Below, in pieces: positions 23,377 through 32,702 of a stretch of 37,112 nt of DNA. This DNA is from Chloroflexales bacterium (GTDB lineage Bacteria; Chloroflexota; Chloroflexia; Chloroflexales; Chloroflexaceae). The notes under the pieces are model-generated. The model made no database searches and had not been told where the DNA came from. It saw only the letters and a program-made list of their open reading frames with translations. The DNA lies in NCBI GenBank assembly GCA_013336035.1, contig JAAXUL010000001.1:1-37112 (forward strand), written 5' to 3'. The translations under genes were made by a program, and so were the position numbers. Position 1 is the stretch's first letter, and each line of letters starts with the position of its first letter.

Positions 23377-24444
23377 CTAGGCCTTGACCGCCTGGTAGAG
23401 TACATGGTCGTACTGCTCGTGGAATGTCACGTCGGTGAAGCCGACCTCACGTAGCACATCCGGGTAGATCCCGTGGTCCTTGAACTCGAGCACGCCGAAA
23501 TCGAGCCCGATCCCGCACACATAGTGGGTCAGGTAGTCGTAATTCGGCTTGTTCGGGTCGCTGATGTTCATGTCGACGATGATGATGCGCCCGCCGGGCT
23601 CGAGGGCGTTATAGGCCTGCCGCAGCAGGATCGAGCAGAACTGGCGGTTCATCGGGTAGAGGATGCGCGAGAAGAGCACCGCGTCGCCTTTGGGGTACGG
23701 CTCGCGATACATATCGACCACGACCGGCGTGATGCGCTCGCCCAGGCCCTTCGCCGCCATGTTCTCGCGCACCAGATCCTGGGCCGAGGGCAGGTTGAGC
23801 AGAGTGACCTTCAGCTCGGGGTAGCGCTCGCACAGCGAGGCCGAGATATCGCCGATGCCGCCGCCTACGTCGATCAGGTGCTTCACGCCCTCGAGGTTGG
23901 CGTTCTCGCCGAGGAACTTTGTCAGGAAGTAGATGTTGCTGCGGTGGATCGTCTCGTAGAAGATGCTGTCATCGCGCGTCTTCGGCGGGAACGGGATCAT
24001 GCTCGTGAAGTTGATCTTGCCGCGGGTCATTTCGGCGAGATCGACATACATCGTCTTGATCAGGTCGACCATATAGTCGACAAAGGGCAGCATGGTCAGG
24101 TTGCGGTGCTGCTCGGGCGCTGTGAAGAACTGGATGGAGAATGGTGTGAGCGCCCAGGCCTCCTCAGCGCGCTGGGCCAGGCCGATTTGCTGCATCGTGA
24201 TTAGCAGCTTCTCGAGCCGACCAGGTACGGTGGCGGTAGCCTCGGCCAGATCGGCGAGCATGCGTGGGCCGGCCGCCAGCTCGTCGAAGAGCTTTAGGTC
24301 ATACGCAGCTTTGATCACGAAGAAGTCCACCGTGCCCTTGAAGACCATGTCGTAGGCCTTCTCGGTCGCACGGAACAGCTCCTGGTCATCGCCGATGGAG
24401 TGGGCGTCCGGCAAGGAGCTAGGCTGTGCCTGCGTGGTGCTCAT
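23377..24444 (-). CDS. bchU: Bacteriochlorophyllide d C-20 methyltransferase
   Basis: N-terminal dimerisation helices, SAM motif IDVGGGIGDIS, DAVLFSRILY (catalytic Tyr), PNYDYLTHY. Confidence 0.93.
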   Translation of the reverse strand: MSTTQAQPSSLPDAHSIGDDQELFRATEKAYDMVFKGTVDFFVIKAAYDLKLFDELAAGPRMLADLAEATATVPGRLEKLLITMQQIGLAQRAEEAWALTPFSIQFFTAPEQHRNLTMLPFVDYMVDLIKTMYVDLAEMTRGKINFTSMIPFPPKTRDDSIFYETIHRSNIYFLTKFLGENANLEGVKHLIDVGGGIGDISASLCERYPELKVTLLNLPSAQDLVRENMAAKGLGERITPVVVDMYREPYPKGDAVLFSRILYPMNRQFCSILLRQAYNALEPGGRIIIVDMNISDPNKPNYDYLTHYVCGIGLDFGVLEFKDHGIYPDVLREVGFTDVTFHEQYDHVLYQAVKA

Positions 24445-24496
24445 AGCCTTTGATCTTTCTCTGGTCAGCTTGGCCGTCCGGCCGGGTGATCTGCTC

Positions 24497-24528
24497 TTGT
24501 ATTATAGTACAAAAATCTGTTAGTTCAA
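24497..24528 (-). promoter_or_regulatory. Promoter of bchU-bchK-csmM-csmN with overlapping palindrome
   Basis: TTGAAC, 16 nt spacer, TATAAT; TTGTA-N6-TACAA (24497-24512) covers the -10 element. Confidence 0.6.
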
Positions 24529-24567
24529 ACAACAGCGGCCTATCCCGCCGCCCCGCGCTCCGACTGC

Positions 24568-25317
24568 CTACAGCGGGTGGCTGGTCTCGGGCTGCACACG
24601 ACGCGCGACAGGCGTCTTGAGCACCTGTGCTTCGTCGAAGCCGAACCAGAGCGGGATGACCTTGCGGGCGCCGTACCAGACGAATGGGGCGTTGTATGGT
24701 GCGTGGCGGGCGCCCTCTAGCACCAGGTTGTCCGCGCCCTCCAGGTAGCAGGCTTTGGTCGGTACGATCCCATCACCATTCTCGTGCCCATTGCCATACC
24801 CGGTATCGTATGATTTAAAGGCAAACATCTGCTCGGGGTTGCCGAGGCGGCGCCCGGCGACGCCGTGGCCCGCCACCGAGCGATAGGCGATATGGCGATA
24901 GTAGGCGCCCGGGTAGCGCTGATTGACCACGCTCGCGAAGCCCTTGACCCAGATCTCGTAGGTGGTGTGGGCGGTGCCCAGGGTCGTCAGAGACGCGACC
25001 ACGCTCTGGCCGTCGTAGAGCACACCGTTATAGGGGATATGGCCAAGGAAGGCCCGGGCGACGCGCCCGCCGGCGCTGTGGCCAATCAGATGTACGCGGT
25101 CGGATTTCGTCTCTTCCAACGCCAGCTCAACCGTCTGGGCGAGCACATCGAGCACCGGGTTAAAGTCAGGGTCTCGCACTGAGGCCCACATGGCGCGCCC
25201 AATATCGGTGATATAGACGATATGGTTATACGGCGGCGACGCCAGGATGCGGGCCATGCGCACATAGTCACCCGGCGACGAAAGCCAACCGCCAATAATC
25301 ACGATTGGACGACTCAT
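24568..25317 (-). CDS. Esterase/lipase-family alpha/beta hydrolase
   Basis: IIGGW, GHSAGG nucleophile, TLGTAH, GDGIVP, GARH; RBS GGAGG. Confidence 0.88.
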   Translation of the reverse strand: MSRPIVIIGGWLSSPGDYVRMARILASPPYNHIVYITDIGRAMWASVRDPDFNPVLDVLAQTVELALEETKSDRVHLIGHSAGGRVARAFLGHIPYNGVLYDGQSVVASLTTLGTAHTTYEIWVKGFASVVNQRYPGAYYRHIAYRSVAGHGVAGRRLGNPEQMFAFKSYDTGYGNGHENGDGIVPTKACYLEGADNLVLEGARHAPYNAPFVWYGARKVIPLWFGFDEAQVLKTPVARRVQPETSHPL

Positions 25318-25387
25318 CGCGGCCTCCCTGGCTTAAGCGCGGAGGGGATACACCCCTCCGCGCTGCCCCGTAAGGGGTTCGAGCCGG

Positions 25388-26533
25388 CTATTTCCTGCCT
25401 TTGTCCCGCTTATCCTTCGACTGATCACTGGCGCCCGAGGGGCGGGCCGGCGGCGTCGGCGGTGTCGGGGTGGAGCTCTTGGCGCCGGCCGTCGGCGCAG
25501 GCGGCGTCGGGGTCGGCGTCGGGGCGCTGGCCGGCGGCGTCGGGGTTGGCGTACTCGCCGGCGCCGCGCTGCCCAGGGCGGCCACATCGGCCTTCAGCCC
25601 CTCGGCGGCCTTGCGCGAGGCCTCGGCGACATCCTTAGCGACAGGGGCCGTCTCCTTAGCCATGCGCGCCGCAAACTCGGGCGAGGTGTCCTTGCCCCCG
25701 GGCGGGACCGCGGCATCATCGGCGGTGACAGTCGGGCTGAAGACGGCGGTCGGCGCGGGCGGCGGAGGCGGCGTGGCGCGCTTCGTGCCGCCGTTGCCCT
25801 CGCCATTGCCGGCCTGGGACACCTTGATCCGTCGCGGCTGGGTTCCGGTGGTAACCTCTTCGCCAACAGGCGGCAGCCAGCCGGCCACGGCGTCGAGGGT
25901 CTCGCGGCCCATCTGGAAGAGGTCTTCCGTCTCGAAGCGGATCCAGTAGGTGTAGAAGTTCCAGACATCGGTCGCAGTCGCGCGAAGCTCGCGGCTGAAC
26001 TGCTCGATGCCCTGGGGCGGCAGGGCGCCGCGGGCAAACGAGCGCACCGCGTAGCCGACCGGCTGCACGAACCCATTTGCGGCCGCCTGGCTGATCGGGC
26101 CGGGGCCGTTCGCGCCGGGGCCGTTCGCGCCGGGGCCGTTCGAGGCTACCACGCGCGACGCGAGCGGGGGAGGCCCCGCCGGTCGCTGGCCGCTCTCATC
26201 GTGCGGCGAGGCTGCCGAAGATGGCGCGCTCGAGAACGAGCTGAAGCGCCTGACGCTCTCCTCGGCCGAATCGGTGCCGGGGTAGCTGGCCGCAAAGCGC
26301 GCGGTGCCGGTCTCAGCGGGCTGCGGGGCCCGGCCATAGGCCGACGGCGGCAGCGCCGGCGGGGTGTACGTGGACGACGAAGGCTTGGCGGGCGCGTAGC
26401 TGTACGACTGACGCGCGGGCTGCTCGTCCCTGTAGTCGCTGCTGCTGGGCTCGTAGTTGGGTAACTCGTCATCAAGGTTTAGGAACTTGCGCAGCCAGCC
26501 AGGCATCCAGCCGTACGAACTTGCACTGGACAT
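25388..26533 (-). CDS. Hypothetical Pro/Ala/Ser/Thr-rich disordered protein with a short helical core
   Basis: RBS GAGG; amphipathic N-terminus PGWLRKFLNL; ordered core FVQPVGY..WNFYTYWIRFE; PRRIKV motif; PT repeats. Confidence 0.75.
   Translation of the reverse strand: MSSASSYGWMPGWLRKFLNLDDELPNYEPSSSDYRDEQPARQSYSYAPAKPSSSTYTPPALPPSAYGRAPQPAETGTARFAASYPGTDSAEESVRRFSSFSSAPSSAASPHDESGQRPAGPPPLASRVVASNGPGANGPGANGPGPISQAAANGFVQPVGYAVRSFARGALPPQGIEQFSRELRATATDVWNFYTYWIRFETEDLFQMGRETLDAVAGWLPPVGEEVTTGTQPRRIKVSQAGNGEGNGGTKRATPPPPPAPTAVFSPTVTADDAAVPPGGKDTSPEFAARMAKETAPVAKDVAEASRKAAEGLKADVAALGSAAPASTPTPTPPASAPTPTPTPPAPTAGAKSSTPTPPTPPARPSGASDQSKDKRDKGRK
26099..26143. repeat. 3 x 15-bp tandem repeat encoding NGPGA
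   Basis: GCCGGGGCCGTTCGC twice, then GCCGGGGCCGTTCGA. Confidence 0.85.
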
Positions 26534-26590
26534 AAGGGTGTCCTCTCATTCCATGGGCGCGGGTCACCGCGCAAGTCCAGACAAAACCTG

Positions 26591-27475
26591 TTACCCCAAT
26601 GCGAGAAAGCGACGTTTCTGACGGGCGTGCGGCGCGAAGCAAAAGTCGATAATCTGGCCAAGATCATCATTCGGGTAGCGCCGGTCAAGGGCGACCACCG
26701 AGTCAAGCACATGGGCGATCTGGTCAGGCGAAATCTGCGGGTCGCAGCGGACTACATTCCCGATCAGCTGGCGGCGCAGCTCGAGGCTGTAGCGCAGACT
26801 GGTCACAGCGAGCTTACTCAGCAGGGCATCACGCAGGTCAAGGTTGTCGGTAAAGCGTTTGAGCCAGCGCTCGAGGCCGAGCCGCCCGCTCTTATCGAGG
26901 TAGAAGTTGACTAGGTCGGCCAGGGCCGCGTCATTGGTCAGATCCATCAGCTCATTCCAGCGCTTGCCAAAGGGCTGATTGCCGAAGGTGGGCAGCTCGG
27001 AAAGCTGAGAGATCAGATGGCTGGCGGTATGGTAGGGCTCGCGCTCGAAGGTGCGCACCAGGCCCGCCTCGCGCTCGGCGAGCAGCGAGACAGCCTCGCG
27101 CAGCACCCCGTCGGAGTGGTCATAGCCGCCGCGGCGCAGATGCATCTCGTGGGCCAGCTCGTGGAGCGCGATGCCGACGGTGCTATCCTCATCCCAGCGG
27201 CCGAGGCTCACGAATGAGCCGCTGCGCGGCGAGAAGCTGCCGCTGTCGGACCACGGCCCGCTGGAACGCCCGCCGTCGAGCGCCTCGAAGGTGAGACGCT
27301 CGCCCAGGATCTCGGGCCCTATCTCGCTGCCCCACATCTGGGAGGCATAGCGGCGCACTTTGCGGGCCATCTGTGCCGGCTTATAGCGGTGCTCGCCGAC
27401 CACGAGTACCTGATCGCCGGCGTTCTCCATAATGATCGCCGCTTGCTGGCCGTTTGCGCGTAGGAGCAGCTGCAT
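26591..27475 (-). CDS. Hypothetical protein with HExxH zinc-metallopeptidase-like motif
   Basis: ALHELAH at 27149-27169 followed after 17 residues by E (REA), then PY; RBS GAGG. Confidence 0.75.
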   Translation of the reverse strand: MQLLLRANGQQAAIIMENAGDQVLVVGEHRYKPAQMARKVRRYASQMWGSEIGPEILGERLTFEALDGGRSSGPWSDSGSFSPRSGSFVSLGRWDEDSTVGIALHELAHEMHLRRGGYDHSDGVLREAVSLLAEREAGLVRTFEREPYHTASHLISQLSELPTFGNQPFGKRWNELMDLTNDAALADLVNFYLDKSGRLGLERWLKRFTDNLDLRDALLSKLAVTSLRYSLELRRQLIGNVVRCDPQISPDQIAHVLDSVVALDRRYPNDDLGQIIDFCFAPHARQKRRFLALG

Positions 27476-27571
27476 AACGTTTGCCTCACCTGGCTGCGTA
27501 TCGGGCCGTCCTTGGTCGGCCAGCGATCACGCATACTACATACCACGGGCCGGTCCGCTAATTGGTCACCG

Positions 27572-28576
27572 CTAGCGAACACCGCGAAGGAAGAGACGCA
27601 AGATCTGCACCACCTGATCGGGCAGCTCGAAGAGGATGAGATGTCCGCAGCGCGGCACCTCGAGGTACTGCCCGTGGGGGGCGAGCTGCATCAGCTTTCG
27701 CCCGTCCTGGGGTCGCATAATCGGGTCGCCCGCCCCTGCCACCAGCAGAGTGGGCTGCTGCACGCGCCGCATCTGCTCGGGCAGATCATCGAGCACGTCG
27801 CGCCGGGCCAGCTCCTCGGCCGAGACGCGGATGGCCTGGGGGTCGCAGCAGCGCAGGCTCAGGGTCGCCAGCTTGATGTCGCTGACCGTGGCGGGGTTCT
27901 TCGACAGCACCAGCCGGGCGTAGACATACGGGATCCACCAGAGGCCCCGCTTCTCGATTGGCCGGAGCATCTTATTAAAGACGAAGTCCAGCGTGGCCGG
28001 CGTCATCGCCGCGGCTACCCGGTTGTAGGTGAGCAGGCTGAAGTTGAAGAAGACCAGCGAGCGCACCCGCTCGGGGTTGTGCGCCGCGTAGTGCAGCGCG
28101 ACGAAGGCGCCCAGCGAGAAGGCCGCCACATGGTGCGCCGATAGCTGCAAGACATTGCCCAGCTCCCTCAGGTCGTCGCTGAAGTCGGCTATCCGGTAGC
28201 CCTGGTCCGGGTCGCTGTTCGAGAAGCCGTGGCCCCGCAGATCGTACAGGATCACGCGGTAGCCCGCGGCGACCATCGGATCGATGATATAGTGCCACCA
28301 GTACGATGAGCAGTCCCAGCCGTGCACAAGCACAAGGGGCTCGCCGTCGCGCGGCCCGTAGTCCATATAGTGGTGGACGACCCCATTCAGCTTGACGAAG
28401 CGGGCCTGCTCAAGCAAACCCTGCTCGTCAGTGAGCCGCTTGCGCTCGGCGGCGCTGAGCTGTCCGGCGAGCTGCGCCTCAACCTCGGCGCGGTAGGTCT
28501 GATACTTCTCGGATGTAGCCTGAGCGCCGAGGGTTGGGCGTTCAGCCTCAGCTGTGTTCGACACTGAACTGATCAT
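27572..28576 (-). CDS. Alpha/beta-fold hydrolase with N-terminal extension
   Basis: LVHGW, DLRGHGFS, AFSLG nucleophile elbow, GAGD, CGH; RBS GGAGG before ATG at 28576. Confidence 0.9.
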   Translation of the reverse strand: MISSVSNTAEAERPTLGAQATSEKYQTYRAEVEAQLAGQLSAAERKRLTDEQGLLEQARFVKLNGVVHHYMDYGPRDGEPLVLVHGWDCSSYWWHYIIDPMVAAGYRVILYDLRGHGFSNSDPDQGYRIADFSDDLRELGNVLQLSAHHVAAFSLGAFVALHYAAHNPERVRSLVFFNFSLLTYNRVAAAMTPATLDFVFNKMLRPIEKRGLWWIPYVYARLVLSKNPATVSDIKLATLSLRCCDPQAIRVSAEELARRDVLDDLPEQMRRVQQPTLLVAGAGDPIMRPQDGRKLMQLAPHGQYLEVPRCGHLILFELPDQVVQILRLFLRGVR

Positions 28577-28642
28577 TGCTGGCCTCCACACCGCACCCAG
28601 AGTCTGGCCCGTGTCCTGTTCGCCATGGTATGAACTCGACTG

Positions 28643-29752
28643 CTACTCAACCCAGAGCCGAAGCACCTCGTCGGGATCAACCTTGGCCCGCAGGCGCCCC
28701 CCGGTGGTGATGCCGGGGAGAAGCACATGGCGGCGTAGCGCGCCGAGGCGCACGAGCACCTCTTCATTCGCCAGGGCGATATCGAGCTCTTTCGGATCGA
28801 GGAAGGGAATATAGAGCTTGACCTCGCGCTCGTGGGCGGAGGTGCGGGCCGATTTGGCTGCGTCGAAGACTTCGCCGTCGAGATAGAGGGACGCGCCGCG
28901 CAGGGCCCAGGTATCACGGATGGCGGGGGTCTGGGTCAGCTTGCTGACCCGCAGGCCTGGACGGGCCTTGCTTGTCTGGTACGAGAACTCTAGCCGGTGC
29001 GCGTCATCGACCTCGGCGGGCTCGCCGGAGACGATTATCTCGTCGCAGGCCATGCTATAGAGGCCAAGGGCGGTCAGGGTAGAGCGCGGCGCGGGCATGT
29101 GCAGCTCTTCGGGGGTGACGACGAGTCGCACGCGGGTGCCGGTGTCGGCGTTGATGCTGCTGCGCTGCACCTCGAGGTAGACGCGCAGATCCTGGAGCGG
29201 GGCCTGGGCCGACGATGTGATGAGCGCCGCGGGGAAGATCGCGGCCTCTTGCGAGCTGCGCGACTGGCCGGGCCCGCGGTCGAGCCCAAAGATCTGGCGG
29301 GTCAGCCAGCGCAGCGCATCGGGCAGCGAGAGCGCCCGGGTCAGGCTATCGGGCATTGGACCATCGACGACCATCAGGTCGAAGCGGTTCATCCGACGGG
29401 CCTTATCGGCCACAAGGATGGCGCCGATCGCATCGATCCCAGGGAAGGTGGGCAGCTCTTCGGGGCCGATCTCGCGCAGGCGCGAGGTCATAGCGCCGCG
29501 CAGATTTCCGCGCGTGACGTCCCAGAGCGCGCCGAGCTCCTCGAGGGGGCTCACCTCCATGGCCGCCAGGTTGGGCTCGAGCTCGAGGGGACGCGAGCTC
29601 AGGCTCTGGCCAAGCATTGCACCCGTCAGGTGGGCCGGTCCGGCAGAGGCGAGCAGCACACGCTTACCGCGCCGTGCGGCGTGGCAGGCTGTCGCCACGG
29701 CCGCCGAACTCTGGAGGATCTGGTTGTAACCCGAGAAGATCAGGATTTGCAT
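28643..29752 (-). CDS. ArsA/Get3d-like pseudo-ATPase with HSP20-like C-terminal domain
   Basis: Colinear with the two ArsA paralogs, but P-loop reads FSGYNQILQSS, switch I SAGPAH, switch II DGPMPD; C-terminus VKLYIPFL..EEVLVRLGALRRHVLLP. Confidence 0.82.
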   Translation of the reverse strand: MQILIFSGYNQILQSSAAVATACHAARRGKRVLLASAGPAHLTGAMLGQSLSSRPLELEPNLAAMEVSPLEELGALWDVTRGNLRGAMTSRLREIGPEELPTFPGIDAIGAILVADKARRMNRFDLMVVDGPMPDSLTRALSLPDALRWLTRQIFGLDRGPGQSRSSQEAAIFPAALITSSAQAPLQDLRVYLEVQRSSINADTGTRVRLVVTPEELHMPAPRSTLTALGLYSMACDEIIVSGEPAEVDDAHRLEFSYQTSKARPGLRVSKLTQTPAIRDTWALRGASLYLDGEVFDAAKSARTSAHEREVKLYIPFLDPKELDIALANEEVLVRLGALRRHVLLPGITTGGRLRAKVDPDEVLRLWVE

Positions 29753-29812
29753 TGTCAGTCCGTACGCCGTAGTCCGTTGAGCCTGATAGGGTGCGGACTA
29801 TGGAATTACGCC

Positions 29813-31045
29813 TCAGGCGGCCTCAACCCGCAACTCGTCCGGCTCATCGGCGGGCGCCGCGCCCGAGCCCTCGCGGAACTCTAGGCGCAGCACGCCGTCT
29901 TCATAGCGGTGGTTGCCCATCACACAGTCGTAGAGGATGCGCGGCAGGGCGATCGTGCGCTGGATACGACCCAGGGAGATCCCCAGATCTGGCCCGCTGC
30001 GCGACAGGTTGACTGTCTCGTCCTCTTCCATAAAGGGCAGCTTCATACACAGCTCGTACTGGCCGGGCTCGCCCTCTTCATTCCACTGCTCGAGCCAGAT
30101 CGGGCGCTCGTCGAAGAGCAGCGCGCCGGCGTCGGCCTCGCCGAAGGTCGCCCGCCCGATCGCCTCGAGGGCCGGGATGCCGATCGGCTCGCCCTCCTGA
30201 AGGACGGTGCGGAAGATCGGGGTCGGCGAGAAGCTGTCGTCGATCTCTTGCAGGTAGCCGCGCTGGAGGCTGACCCAGTAGTCGAAGTAGGGCCCCAGGT
30301 CAGAGCGGCGCGGCAGGATCTTATTGACCATCACCGCGTCGACCATCATCCCATAGAGGTTAAGGAAGGTGTAGGCGCGGCGCGTCTCGAGGAGCGGTAG
30401 CTTCTCGGGGTTAAGGACCAGGCGCAGCGAGATCTTGGGGCTGAGCAAGAAGTTTGCCAGCTGGTCCATGCGCTCGAGCAGGGTGCCGACCTCATCGAAG
30501 AAGCGGTCGTCGGGCAGATCGCGCTTGAAGGGCCGTGCAAAGTTCGCCAGGCCGCGGTAGACGCGGAAGAACTTCTTGCCCGCGTCGCCGCCGATGATCA
30601 TCTCGGGGTAGGCCAGCAGCCGCAGGGTGTTGCCGGTCGGCGCCGTATCGAGCACGATCGTATCCCAGCGACCGCTCTGGGCCTCGTCCATCACCCGCTG
30701 GAGCGCCAGGATCTCATCGAGCCCGGGCTGGTTCGCCAGTTCGGCCGCGGTCGAGCGGTCGACCCCGCGGTTAGAGTAGGTCGAGGCGACAAACTGCTGG
30801 AAGCCGCCAAGATTATGGCGCCACTCGTGGATCGTATCAACCTCGAGGCCATACAGTCCGGGCACGATGGCGGTGGGCCGGTCACGGCTAATCGGCATGC
30901 CGATCGCATCGGCCAGCGAGTGAGCCGGGTCGCTGGAGAGCACCAGGGTACGTTGACCAGAGCGGGCCAGCAGGGTCGCTGTCGCCGCCGAGATAGTGGT
31001 CTTGCCGGTGCCGCCTTTGCCCGAATAGATAATGACACGCGTCAT
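29813..31045 (-). CDS. ArsA/Get3d-family ATPase with HSP20-like C-terminal domain
   Basis: SGKGGTGKTT, SSDPAHSL, PGLDE, DTAPTG, NPEK; C-terminus YELCMKLPF..DLGISLGRIQRTIALP..YEDGVLRLEF. Confidence 0.93.
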   Translation of the reverse strand: MTRVIIYSGKGGTGKTTISAATATLLARSGQRTLVLSSDPAHSLADAIGMPISRDRPTAIVPGLYGLEVDTIHEWRHNLGGFQQFVASTYSNRGVDRSTAAELANQPGLDEILALQRVMDEAQSGRWDTIVLDTAPTGNTLRLLAYPEMIIGGDAGKKFFRVYRGLANFARPFKRDLPDDRFFDEVGTLLERMDQLANFLLSPKISLRLVLNPEKLPLLETRRAYTFLNLYGMMVDAVMVNKILPRRSDLGPYFDYWVSLQRGYLQEIDDSFSPTPIFRTVLQEGEPIGIPALEAIGRATFGEADAGALLFDERPIWLEQWNEEGEPGQYELCMKLPFMEEDETVNLSRSGPDLGISLGRIQRTIALPRILYDCVMGNHRYEDGVLRLEFREGSGAAPADEPDELRVEAA

Positions 31046-31169
31046 GTCGATGTACGATCGGGATGTGCGATTGAGCGCTGCCCGTCCGGCTCGGTGTACC
31101 CATGGGCCAGCTGGCCCATGAGTACACCGCCTCTGGTCACGAAATCAATCCCACAGCGTAGATCAGGCC

Positions 31170-32639
31170 TTATTCGTCATCTGGTCGGTGGACGCCATTG
31201 CCATTGTCGCTCACGACCTTCGCGCTGCCGTTGAGCGAGGGCTCGCCGACAGGGCTGGAAGTACGCCCGACAGCGATCCGGCGCACGGGGGCGCTGCGCT
31301 GCGACTGATCCTGGGGCTGCTCGGGGGCCACGGGCTCCTCCGAGACTGGGGGCTCGACCTTGCGCACGCTGATGCTTCGCTTGAGCGGGTCGGGGCGGAT
31401 GGAGGCGGCGGTACCCGTCGAGTCGGGCAGCGAGGTCGCCTGGCGCGGCAGGCTGCCTCGCTGGGCCCCCTCGTCGATCTCTGTCTCGACGGGCGTCGTT
31501 GGCCGGCGCCCGCGGACGCTCACGCTTGAGCGGACCTGCACGCGACGAGACTGCTGCTGGGTCTGCTCGGACTCCAGGGGCTCGGCGAAGCGCACCGCTG
31601 CCCGCACCACGGGACCGACAGATGCCAGGGGGCCGCCGTCGGCCTCGTGCTGGGCGGCGGTCTGGTAGAGGCCGCGCATCGCATTGCGGCGCACCCGCGG
31701 ATCCTGCAGGCCGCTGACCAGCTCGCCGGCGCCGCCCATCGCCTCGCTGGCGCGGCGGACACTGCGGGCGAGGCGGCGGGGCGCCTCGAAGAAGATGCGC
31801 AGCGTGCGGCTGACCTCGTACAGGCTAGGCTGGTCGGGCATCATCGGCATCGCGCCCATTGGCCCGGTCTGCATGTCGAGCGCGTTGCCGCTGAGCGAGG
31901 TGCCCTGGCGCTGGCTCTCGTAGGCGGCGATCAGGTTGTCCGAGCTGCTTGGGGGCGTCAGCGCCTGCTGCTCCTCGCCGGCGCGACCGACCTGCCACCA
32001 GCGCTTGCGCTCGCTCTTCTTGGCGCTAGCTGGGGCTGCCAGCTCGGCGGGGGGTGGGAGGGCGGCCTCGGGTGTGATGAAGAGAGACTGGAGGGCCACG
32101 CGCTCGCTGGGGGGGAACTCGGCGAAGAAGTTGGCGATCAGCTCCTCGTTGCTGACTGCGTTGACGATCTGGTCGCCCACTAGCTCGACCATGCGGGCGA
32201 AGGTGGCGACATCGTCGGCGGGCATATAGTCGAGGGTGTTCATCACCAGCCGCTCGCCGCTGCCGGGCTCCTCGACTGTACCATTGACAGCGATCCGCCG
32301 CTTGCGCGGGGCGATCGAAGGCAGGCGAAAGGCCAGCTGCACCCGCCCGTGCCAGGGATCCCAGGTCTCAGCCTGCACGACATCGACATCCTTCCAGGGG
32401 AAGCTGTCGACCGTATCATTGAAGAGGCCGCGGGCCCAGGTGACCACCCGCTTGTCGGTGAGGGCCACAAAGTCAGAGAGCGCGAGGCCGCCGACGCGGC
32501 GGCGGGTCTGATCAAGCAGGACGCCATCGAAGAGCGCGAGCAGCGTCTCGCCCTCCTCAAGCAGCCCGCGGTGGCGCATCTCCTCGACGATGGCCGCATT
32601 GACGTTCACGCCGAGAAACGGGCGAGTGCTCATAGTCAT
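31170..32639 (-). CDS. Hypothetical protein: N-terminal bacterial PH-like domain plus disordered tail (paralog 2)
   Basis: GLLEEGETLLALFDGVLLD..ALTDKRVVTWAR..SFPWKDVDVV resembles bacterial PH (bPH/YokE-like) folds; aligns with 32703-33923. Confidence 0.72.
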   Translation of the reverse strand: MTMSTRPFLGVNVNAAIVEEMRHRGLLEEGETLLALFDGVLLDQTRRRVGGLALSDFVALTDKRVVTWARGLFNDTVDSFPWKDVDVVQAETWDPWHGRVQLAFRLPSIAPRKRRIAVNGTVEEPGSGERLVMNTLDYMPADDVATFARMVELVGDQIVNAVSNEELIANFFAEFPPSERVALQSLFITPEAALPPPAELAAPASAKKSERKRWWQVGRAGEEQQALTPPSSSDNLIAAYESQRQGTSLSGNALDMQTGPMGAMPMMPDQPSLYEVSRTLRIFFEAPRRLARSVRRASEAMGGAGELVSGLQDPRVRRNAMRGLYQTAAQHEADGGPLASVGPVVRAAVRFAEPLESEQTQQQSRRVQVRSSVSVRGRRPTTPVETEIDEGAQRGSLPRQATSLPDSTGTAASIRPDPLKRSISVRKVEPPVSEEPVAPEQPQDQSQRSAPVRRIAVGRTSSPVGEPSLNGSAKVVSDNGNGVHRPDDE

Positions 32640-32702
32640 TCCCTGTCTAGTGCCTGTTTCGCAGCCACCGGCGGGGGCAAGGCGCCGAGACGCGCACGTC
32701 TC

